A DNA stretch of 40,276 nt from a virus (lineage: Duplodnaviria; Heunggongvirae; Uroviricota; Caudoviricetes), in the IMG/VR virus record IMGVR_UViG_2713896903_000005, one strand, 5' to 3'. Position 1 is the first letter of the stretch, and each line of letters begins with the position of its first letter. The notes beneath the pieces are model-generated. The model made no database searches. It was given only the letters and a program-made list of their open reading frames with translations, and was not told the origin of the DNA. Position numbers and translations under genes: made by a program. Shown one piece after another: positions 1 to 7,923 of this stretch.

Positions 1-195
1 TTAATTATTCTGCTGATTTTCTTCCATCTCGGCTTCTGCTGCCAGTGATTCTATTTTATCTGCGAATATTGCTGACAGTGTTGCAAATTCAGCATCAGTG
101 ACAGCGGGAATTGGAACAAACCTGATCCCGCTGTGTGCAAGCATGTTTGCAGTTTCAAGGCATTTCCTTAAATCTGCTGGTGATGCCCTGTTCAT
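1..195 (-). CDS. hypothetical small protein (64 aa)
   Basis: Minus-strand ORF; its ATG (195..193) overlaps the methyltransferase stop in an ATGA arrangement, suggesting translational coupling; no recognisable domain. Confidence 0.35.
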   Translation of the reverse strand: MNRASPADLRKCLETANMLAHSGIRFVPIPAVTDAEFATLSAIFADKIESLAAEAEMEENQQNN

Positions 196-842
196 GCTGC
201 ACGCTCCCGCCCCTGGTTGTCTGTTGGTGACAGCGGAGCATTGCTGAATGCATTTGTTAATTCGCCAATATCCAACGCGTATCCAGGATGTAGTTGCACT
301 GCCGGGTCTTCGCACTGATTACCCCAAACATCGAAACCATGAGACGACTGGCGGGCGAACAGTTCAATGCGAGAAACATCGCCTAACAATTGCACAAGTT
401 TTTCACGAACGACATCTGGTTTTCTTGAATGCTCAAGCCGCGGTGCGGTAAATGACTGAACGATCCCTGCATTAATGCGTGGAGGTAGTTTTCCCTTTAC
501 TGCAAACAGGCAATCTTCACTATTGGCGCGAGTCATGTGTCCCATACCCATAACCAGTTTATCTGGTTGTCGACTACCACATTTTATCCACGTGAAGCCC
601 TTCATGGTCATCAGACGGAATCCCCAGGCTTCAACAACTTTTAGTGCTTCGAGTGGTTGTGTTGGCACCCACCACATGGCCAACAGACAGTTTTCATCGG
701 CCAAATCCCACACAGGAAGGCGGCAGATATCCAGCACACTCATAACCGGATATTTAAAACCGGCACCGCGATTACCATCTGCGGCTTTGTCCCGGTATAC
801 CCAGGGTGGATCTGCATAGATTAGTGTGTATTTCTTAGTCAT
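192..842 (-). CDS. DNA N6-adenine methyltransferase (phage orphan MTase, MT-A70/Dam-like)
   Basis: IYADPPW motif near the N-terminus is typical of N6-adenine MTases; ATG at 842 preceded by GGGGTGG; the ORF-track GTG at 854 is probably an upstream extension. No adjacent restriction endonuclease gene seen. Confidence 0.75.
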   Translation of the reverse strand: MTKKYTLIYADPPWVYRDKAADGNRGAGFKYPVMSVLDICRLPVWDLADENCLLAMWWVPTQPLEALKVVEAWGFRLMTMKGFTWIKCGSRQPDKLVMGMGHMTRANSEDCLFAVKGKLPPRINAGIVQSFTAPRLEHSRKPDVVREKLVQLLGDVSRIELFARQSSHGFDVWGNQCEDPAVQLHPGYALDIGELTNAFSNAPLSPTDNQGRERAA

Positions 843-1134
843 AAACCACCCCACAACATCCTATGCCGCTATAGTCGCCACGGCGAAGGCCGTTACCTTT
901 TGTGATACATTGATCCCTGCGAACCGCGATCCTTGCACGCTCAACATCACCAGAAGCAACATCCATACACTGAAGCCAAAGGTGGGCGGCAATGCGGAAC
1001 TGCCCTTTTTTCTCTCTTTCAATCGCGCGTTTTTCGATCTCTATCGCCGCAGGAGTAACGGCGACAATCTTTGACGGACTGCGCATTGAAACCTTGTTCA
1101 TGTGATATTTTTCAAGTCGGCTTAACTTTCTCAC
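835..1134 (-). CDS. hypothetical protein
   Basis: 99-aa ORF with GTG at 1134; alternative ATG starts at 1101 and 1086; no recognisable motif; start uncertain. Confidence 0.3.
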   Translation of the reverse strand: MRKLSRLEKYHMNKVSMRSPSKIVAVTPAAIEIEKRAIEREKKGQFRIAAHLWLQCMDVASGDVERARIAVRRDQCITKGNGLRRGDYSGIGCCGVVYD

Positions 1135-1243
1135 TTAATCCAACCCTCTCTGAAAATTAATGCCAGCAGATAAAGCCATGCTGAAACAGAGGCCAGGAAT
1201 AAGTACCATCCTGACCATTTGCTCCAGTGCCTTAGCAGCGCAC

Positions 1244-1492
1244 TCATGCAGCGTTGCTCACAGGACGATATACACGTTGCTGAACAGGAGGTTTTTTTCC
1301 CTGGAACTCTGCCGGGCTTGCTGCCTGACGTTCATCAAGCCAACGCTCAACTTCGTCACGGTTCCATGCGCAGCGTTTATCGGTGATATACCAGCGTTTA
1401 GGAAATTCCCCTGCGCGCTCCATACGGTCGATAGTGCTCCATGACAGTGGCACCACCGCCAGGAGTTCCTTCTTACCTAATGCACCTTTCAT
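1244..1492 (-). CDS. AlpA/Xis-family small DNA-binding protein (possible excisionase or regulator)
   Basis: 82 aa; pattern (LSWSTIDRMERAGEFPKR...W...EVERWL) resembles AlpA-type winged-helix proteins; good SD (GAGAGGT) before the ATG. Confidence 0.6.
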   Translation of the reverse strand: MKGALGKKELLAVVPLSWSTIDRMERAGEFPKRWYITDKRCAWNRDEVERWLDERQAASPAEFQGKKPPVQQRVYRPVSNAA

Positions 1493-1541
1493 AAATACCT
1501 CTCTTGGTTGCAGTGCGGCGCGCGTGGCGCCGCGGTGGTGG

Positions 1542-2423
1542 TTACATAGATGTTTCGTTTAATTCTTCCCGACGAACGCTGTAAACGTCGGTGGCTTTTG
1601 CCAGCAGTTCGTCATCATCTGAAAGTTTTTGTGCAATGTATTTGTAAGCCTTATCCAGTTCGGAGACAGTGCTGTAATTCATCGCTGCGTTGGTAAAGGC
1701 CATCAGCATTTCTTCTGGATCACGGCTATCCGCTTTACGCGTTTGCTCATCAGGCTTTTTCACTGTTTTAGCGTTGATCAGACTATTAATTCCCGCAGCC
1801 GTAGTTGTTTGCGGAGTAATGTCTCGCTCTACACGCGGTGTCGTTTCCTGTAATTCGTCAGGGGTGTAAACACCGAGAAGTACATCAGGAGCGTGCAGGC
1901 GAGCCCATCGTTTCGTGCAAAGATAGGCAAGCTGCTGGCGCGGATCCTGTTCCCACAATGGAGAGTTACGCACTCCGGCTTGCGCCATACTGATGGTAAG
2001 CTCACGGGGTTCTGCTTCTCCTTTAAGAACTGCTGACACAGTTACCGTCAGATTCGGTGATTTATCTGTTTTGCCGTTAACATTCGACCAGTCACCGCTC
2101 CAGCGATAATTCAGGCGTGTCGCTAGCAGGCTGGAAGAGGATACGACCGCGTTTACCAACTGCGCTTCGTAGCCTAACGTTCCGTTTACCACATGCGTTT
2201 TCTGCGCCACGGCGAAAGGGTTCATTCCCCACTGTGCCGCCTGCATGGTCACCGCCAGACAATCGGCAGGTTTGCCTTCAAGATGTTTCGGTACAGTCGC
2301 TTTGCTTTGTGACATCAACTCAGCGAAACGCACCAGTTGATTCATGCCCTCGGGGCTGAAGATTGCCGCAGCAGTGCCTACAGTTGCGCCTGGTTGTGAT
2401 GTGATTGCGATATCATTGCTCAT
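1542..2423 (-). CDS. RecT/Red-beta family single-strand annealing recombinase (Bet-like)
   Basis: 293 aa; C-terminal region (CTKRWARLHAPDVLLGVYTPDELQE...ERDITP) resembles the lambda Bet C-terminus; ATGA overlap with the upstream exonuclease gene. Confidence 0.8.
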   Translation of the reverse strand: MSNDIAITSQPGATVGTAAAIFSPEGMNQLVRFAELMSQSKATVPKHLEGKPADCLAVTMQAAQWGMNPFAVAQKTHVVNGTLGYEAQLVNAVVSSSSLLATRLNYRWSGDWSNVNGKTDKSPNLTVTVSAVLKGEAEPRELTISMAQAGVRNSPLWEQDPRQQLAYLCTKRWARLHAPDVLLGVYTPDELQETTPRVERDITPQTTTAAGINSLINAKTVKKPDEQTRKADSRDPEEMLMAFTNAAMNYSTVSELDKAYKYIAQKLSDDDELLAKATDVYSVRREELNETSM

Positions 2424-3241
2424 ACGTACATATCCTGTTTACGTGCCCAGTCAGGGCGTTTAATAATTTCCACGCCGCCCCATTCATCATTTATGCGGCA
2501 TTCGTGATAGGTATTCAGATCCCGGCGGAACAGAGCGTGCCCGGCATCGACATCCTGCGCATCCAACTCGAACACGCGTACCGGATACCGACCACAATCA
2601 ATGCTTTCGCTCACGGCAAGAAATAAAAAACCATGCGGTTGACCAGTAACCCTCATTGCGCCTTCGCGGTACATTGCGTCCTGCACGTGGTAGCGGAATT
2701 CCTCGATGTGGCGTGCAAAACGGTCCATATCTGCAACCTTTTTCACGTCGACGATCACGTTGTGCTCGTTCAGCCATTTGTCTGGACGAATGCGGCACAA
2801 CTCACCAGTATCTTCATCGTTCCAGTACATTGATGCTTCGCAGTAACCAGGTGCTTCCAGCATCCAGCGTGCCGCCGGGTGAGCCATTGCGCTATCACGC
2901 ATCAGCTCCAGTTTCCGCCACTGCTCGGCATCAAGTACCGTAATCCCCATATCCGCCACATCACGAAGAAATGCCTCTTCGTCAGCTTTACCTAGTTTCG
3001 TCCGACGATCGAATTTCGGTGAAACAATGAAGCGTTTGTCGAACTCTCCAGGCTCCAGAAGCAGACAGTGCAATGCGGTTCCCATATCCAGTGCAGACTT
3101 TTTCTCTTCGTCTTCTGGTGCTGCCTGAACCCATTTAAGAAGCGCCGGATTCTTGGCAACCATGTCCAGTTGCGATTTACTCACGCCGTCACCGGCGTGG
3201 TAGTCTTCGTTGCTGATGTCGAAATAAATTCCCGGTTTCAT
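2420..3241 (-). CDS. PD-(D/E)XK recombination exonuclease (exonuclease VIII-like)
   Basis: 273 aa; N-terminus MKPGIYFDISNEDYH and D...E.K-type nuclease core are typical of prophage PDDEXK exonucleases partnered with RecT; SD GAGGGA. Confidence 0.75.
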   Translation of the reverse strand: MKPGIYFDISNEDYHAGDGVSKSQLDMVAKNPALLKWVQAAPEDEEKKSALDMGTALHCLLLEPGEFDKRFIVSPKFDRRTKLGKADEEAFLRDVADMGITVLDAEQWRKLELMRDSAMAHPAARWMLEAPGYCEASMYWNDEDTGELCRIRPDKWLNEHNVIVDVKKVADMDRFARHIEEFRYHVQDAMYREGAMRVTGQPHGFLFLAVSESIDCGRYPVRVFELDAQDVDAGHALFRRDLNTYHECRINDEWGGVEIIKRPDWARKQDMYV

Positions 3242-3537
3242 GCCGCGTCCCTCTGTCCATCAAGCTGATCCGCCAGATCCCAGCGGGCGATAATTGCCAT
3301 TGCCTCTCGCCGATAGGCATCCATCAGTTCTTCGAACTCAGGGCTGTCTTTAGCAGCCTCCAGTACTTCCTGACGAACGCCTTTGCCTGTTACAACGTCG
3401 AAAGTTGAGGACAGTTGATGAAGTCGGATGCTCTCAATCAGTTCAACTTGTCGGTCATATAGCTGTTCTGACAGGCGGTAGTCCTTGTCGAATGCCAGCA
3501 TGATTTTTTGAAGATTTTTCTGCTGATTAACGTTCAT
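3238..3537 (-). CDS. putative host-nuclease inhibitor (Gam-like), weak call
   Basis: About 99 aa; C-terminal segment (PEFEELMDAYRREAMAIIA) loosely resembles lambda Gam (EFQERMAEHIRYMVETIA); sits directly upstream of exo/bet; SD GGGAGGG before the ATG at 3537. Confidence 0.4.
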   Translation of the reverse strand: MNVNQQKNLQKIMLAFDKDYRLSEQLYDRQVELIESIRLHQLSSTFDVVTGKGVRQEVLEAAKDSPEFEELMDAYRREAMAIIARWDLADQLDGQRDAA

Positions 3538-3539
3538 TA

Positions 3540-3692
3540 TCAGCCCTCCCATATCTCGTTATCGTTGGCCACATCGCGAGCTTCTTTGCTGACGAAAGCC
3601 CACTTAATGCCTTCCTGTAAGGTGCGGAACTTCCAGCTCGTGAATCCGCATGCAGTAACGCAGTACCAACCGTTGATGATTTTCCACTGCAT
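3540..3692 (-). CDS. small Trp-rich protein (50 aa) in the Kil-like position
   Basis: Not in the ORF track (below its size cut-off); ATG at 3692 with SD GAGGT 8 nt upstream; first gene after the putative PL promoter; stop lies 2 nt before the next start. Confidence 0.35.
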   Translation of the reverse strand: MQWKIINGWYCVTACGFTSWKFRTLQEGIKWAFVSKEARDVANDNEIWEG

Positions 3693-3725
3693 AACTTGTT
3701 ACCTCGGTCTGTTATCGTTGAGGTA

Positions 3726-3754
3726 ATAATTATGCGTATTTGGTTTGGTGTCAA
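3726..3754 (-). promoter_or_regulatory. putative leftward early promoter (PL-like)
   Basis: Minus strand: -35 TTGACA (3754..3749), 17-nt spacer, -10 AATTAT (3731..3726); flanked by TTACC-N5-GGTAA sites at 3774..3788 (perfect) and 3712..3726 (one mismatch, over the predicted start site). Confidence 0.45.
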
Positions 3755-3773
3755 TAGATATGAGTTAAAAAAA

Positions 3774-3788
3774 TTACCCGCAAGGTAA
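3774..3788. promoter_or_regulatory. operator-like palindrome TTACCCGCAAGGTAA (OL-like)
   Basis: Perfect TTACC-N5-GGTAA just upstream of the PL-like -35. Confidence 0.5.
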
Positions 3789-3800
3789 TTGCGTGGGCAA

Positions 3801-3823
3801 TAAAAAAGCCGCCAGAAGGCGGC
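3801..3823 (-). terminator. intrinsic terminator downstream of the repressor gene
   Basis: Minus strand: GCCGCC-TTCT-GGCGGC hairpin followed by TTTTTTA. Confidence 0.6.
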
Positions 3824-3845
3824 TTACTTTCTGAAAACTATAGTT

Positions 3846-4430
3846 TTATTGTTTGCTTTTTTCGTTCTGGTTGATGACAAATTCAATGTAACTTTCGATC
3901 TTTGCTTTCTCGGTTTCGGGTAACAATGCGTAGCGCGAGCGGTCATAGTTGATGGTTGCAGGGTCGTGCGGGTGAATCAGTAATTCATAGCCGTGACGCC
4001 CGAATGCGGATGCCACATTCTCCAGGGTGGAAATGGAAACGCTAACCTCATTGTTTAACAGGCGGCTGATTGTCACCTGGGCGACGCCGGATGCGCGGTG
4101 TAGTTTTCCCTGCGTTGAAAGGTCGCGGCTTTCGCTCATCCAGCGTTCCAGGTTGTGAGCCGCCAGCTGACCTATATCGCTTGGTCCGACAGGCTGAAAA
4201 CCTTCCTGAGAAAGCGAGCGATCGATATCAAGCCAGTTACGGGGTTTATTGGCGGCAGCTTCAATTTTTCGAGCAACCTGGTCGCCGATAACCTTTTTGC
4301 CAAGAGCCCAGCGGTTTACCAGATTTGCCTGAGTTCCAAGTTTTTCTGCCATCCGCGTCTGAACACCATTGAATTCACGGTCGATCAAGTCGTTGAGATT
4401 TTGCCTGCGGACGTCCTGGATACTTTTCAT
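3846..4430 (-). CDS. prophage repressor (CI-like), tandem HTH, no peptidase domain
   Basis: 194 aa with two XRE-type HTH-like segments (residues about 10-60 and 105-150) and no S24/LexA-like Ala-Gly...Ser...Lys signature; divergent from the Cro-like gene. Confidence 0.7.
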   Translation of the reverse strand: MKSIQDVRRQNLNDLIDREFNGVQTRMAEKLGTQANLVNRWALGKKVIGDQVARKIEAAANKPRNWLDIDRSLSQEGFQPVGPSDIGQLAAHNLERWMSESRDLSTQGKLHRASGVAQVTISRLLNNEVSVSISTLENVASAFGRHGYELLIHPHDPATINYDRSRYALLPETEKAKIESYIEFVINQNEKSKQ

Positions 4431-4485
4431 TTTCTGGAAAATCGCCTCATATATGAATCAGTAGATGATTCAATTTAAAGCAATA

Positions 4486-4500
4486 TTACCCAACAGGTAA
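4486..4500. promoter_or_regulatory. operator-like palindrome TTACCCAACAGGTAA (OR region)
   Basis: Perfect site in the repressor/cro intergenic region; weaker sites at 4503..4517 and 4534..4548. Confidence 0.5.
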
Positions 4501-4530
4501 ATGCACCTCATAGGTAACTATCCTTGATTT

Positions 4531-4559
4531 TTGTTACCTTATGGGTGAATATTTATTAT
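4531..4559 (+). promoter_or_regulatory. putative rightward early promoter (PR-like) with overlapping operator
   Basis: -35 TTGTTA (4531..4536), 17-nt spacer, -10 TATTAT (4554..4559); one-mismatch site TTACCTTATGGGTGA (4534..4548) lies between the -35 and -10. Confidence 0.45.
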
Positions 4560-4584
4560 CTGAAATAAATATCAGGCAATAGCT

Positions 4585-4815
4585 ATGAGCGATAACGGAC
4601 ATTTCGATTTCAAAAAGCACTGGCTTGCACTTACTCCGGATGAGCGTGAAGCCTTCGCACAGGAAGCCGGAACGACGAGTCACTATATCCAGACTCACTT
4701 AACAGGTAAGCGCAAAATGCCAGGTAAGGTATTGATGAATGGGCTTTTTAAAGCCTGTAAAACAAGACAATGGCTGCGCTCAAAAGCAGAACTGGCATAC
4801 TTCTTCTACTCATGA
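4585..4815 (+). CDS. Cro-like small HTH regulator (YdaS/Cro-type)
   Basis: 76 aa, divergent from the repressor and first gene of the rightward operon; central helix-turn-helix-like region. Confidence 0.6.
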   Translation: MSDNGHFDFKKHWLALTPDEREAFAQEAGTTSHYIQTHLTGKRKMPGKVLMNGLFKACKTRQWLRSKAELAYFFYS

Positions 4816-4836
4816 TATCCAGCCACAAACCTCTGT

Positions 4837-4860
4837 AGACCGCCATCCGGCGGTCTTTTC
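4837..4860 (+). terminator. intrinsic terminator after cro (tR1-like)
   Basis: GACCGCC-ATCC-GGCGGTC hairpin followed by TTTT. Confidence 0.6.
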
Positions 4861-4965
4861 ATATCTATTCGTACCTCAAAGGTAATAAAAAACCAAATCT
4901 GGTTGATCTTTTTTTTGTGTCAGCACAAAATAACCGTAATCCCAATACTAATAACAGGGCTTACC

Positions 4966-5166
4966 ATGGAAATCATTACACGTATTGATGCCGCAAAGCG
5001 CGGGCTTAAACGCTACTACACCGGAAAACCATGTAAGCACGGACATGACAGTGAACGCTGGGTTTACAACGGACACTGTGTTGAGTGCACCATGGAATCA
5101 AACCGTCGCATCAGGGCAGAGATTAAGCAGATCATGATTAATTCCTCCCCACAACATTCAAGCTGA
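4966..5166 (+). CDS. small zinc-ribbon protein (66 aa), function unknown
   Basis: CKHGH...CVEC motif; internal ATG at 4966 chosen over the TTG at 4903; in the position of cII-like genes but without obvious HTH. Confidence 0.45.
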   Translation: MEIITRIDAAKRGLKRYYTGKPCKHGHDSERWVYNGHCVECTMESNRRIRAEIKQIMINSSPQHSS

Positions 5167-5181
5167 TAGCGGAGATTAATC

Positions 5182-5997
5182 ATGAGCAGACATGCAACAG
5201 ATTGGGCCTGGGAGACAGATCCAGGTAGCTCGTCATTAAAGCTCATACTGCTCTCGATGGCTGACAGAGCCGATGAATATAACCTCTGCTACCCCAGCAT
5301 AGAACGCCTCGTTAAAGACACTTGCCTGAATAAAAAAACCGTACAGGCCGGGCTTATATCGCTCATGAAAATGGGGCTTATTTCAGATACCGGAGAGAGA
5401 AAGGGAGCGACGAAAAGAGTGCGGGTTTTCTCTCTTAATATAACCAAAAACGGGAACATTAAAGGCAACCGGGAAGGGAGCAATGAACCCGAAAACGGTA
5501 ATGTTCCCGAAAACGGGAATATACCCAAAAACGGGATGTTGAATGATCCCAAAAACGGGATGTTGAATGATCCCAAAAACGGGATCCAGAACCAGTCATA
5601 TAACCAGTCATTTAACCAAGAGAGGGAGAGCAGGACAAAAACCGGGGATTCTGTGCCTCATGACCCCGGCGCAAACAACGCCGTGATGAATAACTTTGTT
5701 CCTCCTGGTGGGCCAGGGCAATTAGGCAAATTTGTCATGCATGAACAATGGCAGCCATCAGATGACTTTCTTCGGAAAAGCTCATTGCAGGGGATCTACC
5801 TGGACAGTCTGCCAACGGCACAGGAACTTGCAGAGTTCAGAATTTACTGGATGGCTGAGGGTAAGGCATACCATCAGGCACAGTGGGAGCAGAAGCTGGC
5901 AAGGCGGCTGCAGATTAGCAGACAGAAGCTATCAACATTACCTGATAACAACGTTCCGCACTGGAACAGCCCTGAAGCATGGGAGGATTTCTTGTGA
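5182..5997 (+). CDS. replication initiator (lambda O-like)
   Basis: 271 aa; HTH-like N-terminus; central peptide repeats (PENGNVPENGNIPKNGMLNDPKNGMLNDPKNG) encoded by DNA iterons; SD GGAG; immediately upstream of the P-like gene. Confidence 0.7.
   Translation: MSRHATDWAWETDPGSSSLKLILLSMADRADEYNLCYPSIERLVKDTCLNKKTVQAGLISLMKMGLISDTGERKGATKRVRVFSLNITKNGNIKGNREGSNEPENGNVPENGNIPKNGMLNDPKNGMLNDPKNGIQNQSYNQSFNQERESRTKTGDSVPHDPGANNAVMNNFVPPGGPGQLGKFVMHEQWQPSDDFLRKSSLQGIYLDSLPTAQELAEFRIYWMAEGKAYHQAQWEQKLARRLQISRQKLSTLPDNNVPHWNSPEAWEDFL
5488..5584. repeat. iteron array (putative ori) inside the O-like gene
   Basis: Five copies of CCC(G/A)AAAACGG(G/T)A starting at about 5488, 5506, 5524, 5548 and 5572 (spacing 18, 18, 24, 24 bp), followed by a more AT-rich stretch. 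Confidence 0.6.
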
Positions 5998-6779
5998 ACA
6001 ACGTTTTTACCGCGATACAAAACCGTGACGGAGAAGCCCTTTCTCGCATGTCAGGTTATGAGCATCAGTACACCAACAATGACAACGTGGTGAACATGTC
6101 AGCAGAGAGGCTTGTTGATGCCCTTTTCAAACAGCTGAAACAACTGTTTCCGGCGGCAGTGGTAACCAACCTGAAGACGCCAGAGCAGGAAGTTGCTGCA
6201 AAACAGCAGTGGATTGCTGCGTTTGCCGAAGGGGGGATCCGAACCCGTGAACAGGTTTCTGCTGGTATGCGCCACGCCCGCGCCAGTGAATCTCCGTTCT
6301 GGCCGTCGCCAGGGCAATTTATCAAGTGGTGCAAAGACAGCAAGATGGTTCTTGGCGTCACCATTGACGATGTGATGGCGGAGTTTCACCGGTACAGCAA
6401 GGAAAAAAGTTTATATCCTGGTGGTCCCGAAAGATTCCCGTGGCGGCATCCAGTTATGTACTGGGTCGTATGTGATACCCGCCGTGCAATGTATCAGCGC
6501 CAGCTTAGCGAGATTGAGGTTGAGAAACACGCGCGCAGGCTGCTCGATGATTGGGCGAAAAAGGTGGCTTCCGGACAGCAGATACCCGATCCGGTGATCA
6601 GCATACAAGCAAAGCCAGAACCCATGAGTACACCTCCGGACACAGGGAGAGACGTTTACCATCCACTAGGGCGAAGTTTCGGGTGCATGCCTAATGCCGC
6701 CACCCTGGGTGGAATAACACCGGCGCAGTGGCTGATGGAGGAATACAGGCGAGGAAAGGCGGCAGGATTTATCAAGTAA
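5979..6779 (+). CDS. replication protein P-like (DnaB helicase loader)
   Basis: Segment WIAAFAEGGIRTREQVSAGMRHARASESPFWPSPGQFIKWCKD parallels lambda P (WVLAFRENGITTMEQVNAGMRVARRQNRPFLPSPGQFVAWCRE); start 5979 versus GTG at 5994 unresolved. Confidence 0.75.
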   Translation: MGGFLVNNVFTAIQNRDGEALSRMSGYEHQYTNNDNVVNMSAERLVDALFKQLKQLFPAAVVTNLKTPEQEVAAKQQWIAAFAEGGIRTREQVSAGMRHARASESPFWPSPGQFIKWCKDSKMVLGVTIDDVMAEFHRYSKEKSLYPGGPERFPWRHPVMYWVVCDTRRAMYQRQLSEIEVEKHARRLLDDWAKKVASGQQIPDPVISIQAKPEPMSTPPDTGRDVYHPLGRSFGCMPNAATLGGITPAQWLMEEYRRGKAAGFIK

Positions 6780-6816
6780 TACCAGCGCGATAGCGCATTT
6801 TTTTACGCCCCAATAG

Positions 6817-6831
6817 TTACCTATTAGGTAA
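6817..6831. promoter_or_regulatory. operator-like palindrome TTACCTATTAGGTAA
   Basis: Perfect site, part of the 17-bp palindrome GTTACCTATTAGGTAAC, upstream of a candidate promoter. Confidence 0.5.
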
Positions 6832-6850
6832 CAAAATATTCTAAAATCTA

Positions 6851-6879
6851 TTGATTTCGTGTCTTATGTGGTTTTTAAT
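6851..6879 (+). promoter_or_regulatory. candidate promoter for the nin-like operon
   Basis: -35 TTGATT (6851..6856), 17-nt spacer, -10 TTTAAT (6874..6879); operator-like sites upstream and immediately downstream. Confidence 0.35.
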
Positions 6880-6893
6880 TACCTTAGAGGTAA
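6879..6893. promoter_or_regulatory. operator-like palindrome TTACCTTAGAGGTAA
   Basis: Perfect site overlapping the predicted start site and the SD of the 6897 gene. Confidence 0.45.
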
Positions 6894-6896
6894 ATC

Positions 6897-7241
6897 ATGA
6901 GAAAACAGATACAGGCTCTTGGTCGACTCAAAACAGGCCAGATGAACAAAACAGAATCTGCGTATTGCCAGCACCTTGAGCAGCGTAAACGTGCAGGGGA
7001 AATCGCCTGGTATCGATTCGAGGGTATCAAGCTACGGTTAGCTGACAACACGTTCTATACGCCCGATTTTGCTGTGATGCTCGCCACCGGCGAGATGGAA
7101 CTGCACGAAGTGAAAGGTTTCTGGACCGACGACGCCAGGGTGAAAACCAAAGTCGCCGCAGATCAGTATCCGTTCCGAATCATCGGGGTAACGGTTAAGC
7201 CAAAGAAAGCAGGTGGTGGCTGGAACATCGAAGAGTTCTGA
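6897..7241 (+). CDS. DUF1064-like phage protein (predicted PD-(D/E)XK-type nuclease)
   Basis: 114 aa; YTPDF...ELHEVKG pattern resembles D...E.K nuclease cores found in this phage family. Confidence 0.5.
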   Translation: MRKQIQALGRLKTGQMNKTESAYCQHLEQRKRAGEIAWYRFEGIKLRLADNTFYTPDFAVMLATGEMELHEVKGFWTDDARVKTKVAADQYPFRIIGVTVKPKKAGGGWNIEEF

Positions 7242-7302
7242 ATCGACGATCTTTTTAGTTATCAATGTAATCAATAAGTTATGTGGATAAGCGAGGGTAA
7301 AG

Positions 7303-7923
7303 ATGGAAAGTAATATCAAAGGGTTAGTTTCCGCCGGGCATGAGATGGCTTCGGAACTAAAAGCAGAATGTGGTGCCGTTGATATGCGCAGTGTGGCAAA
7401 GCTGATCAGCGATTTGGCAACGCAACTGGAAGTGCAACTGGTGCGTGCTAATGCGCTGGCCGAAGACCACCAGAGAGCGATTGAGTCAATTAAGCAGGCT
7501 GATGCAGCTGTTAAGTTGGCACACGAGAAGTTTTCGGCGCTGGCTGCGGAGAATGCGGCGCTGAAGTCTGCACACCCTCAGCAATTCGGTCAGAAAATGA
7601 TGGATGCATTGGTTGCATATGAGGAATGCCAGGACGATGTACCAGAAAGAGGAATGCTTAATGCGTTCTTCATCCTTCGTGACAGTGTTTGCATTGACAC
7701 TCCTGCTACTGGCGCTTTCCTGGCTGAAGTGCGGGCGCAGGGGGTGGATGCTGCTATAGAAGCTGCAAAAAATCTGGTGGCCCAAGAATATGAGTATAAG
7801 GATTTCAAAGCGGCGCAGAGTGATTGCTGTATGCACCTTGGTTCAGACCTGGTAGGGAAGGTTGAAATGACTGAGTGGTTAGTTGACTTTGCTGCCCAGC
7901 TTCGCAAAGGAGGCAACCAGTGA
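7303..7923 (+). CDS. hypothetical protein, possibly Ea22-like
   Basis: 206 aa, helix-rich; position and composition resemble ead/Ea22-like lambdoid accessory proteins; weak. Confidence 0.4.
   Translation: MESNIKGLVSAGHEMASELKAECGAVDMRSVAKLISDLATQLEVQLVRANALAEDHQRAIESIKQADAAVKLAHEKFSALAAENAALKSAHPQQFGQKMMDALVAYEECQDDVPERGMLNAFFILRDSVCIDTPATGAFLAEVRAQGVDAAIEAAKNLVAQEYEYKDFKAAQSDCCMHLGSDLVGKVEMTEWLVDFAAQLRKGGNQ

Noticed and set aside
1513-1531. GC-rich hairpin GCGGCGC-N5-GCGCCGC between the bet-like and AlpA-like genes
   Set aside because: No T-run follows on either strand, so it is not an intrinsic terminator; possibly an RNA stability element, not enough to call.
3527-3754. 75-aa minus-strand ORF from the track (TTG start)
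   Set aside because: Its start lies inside the predicted PL -35 and it is low-complexity; the 50-aa ORF (3540..3692) in another frame has a proper SD and ATG.
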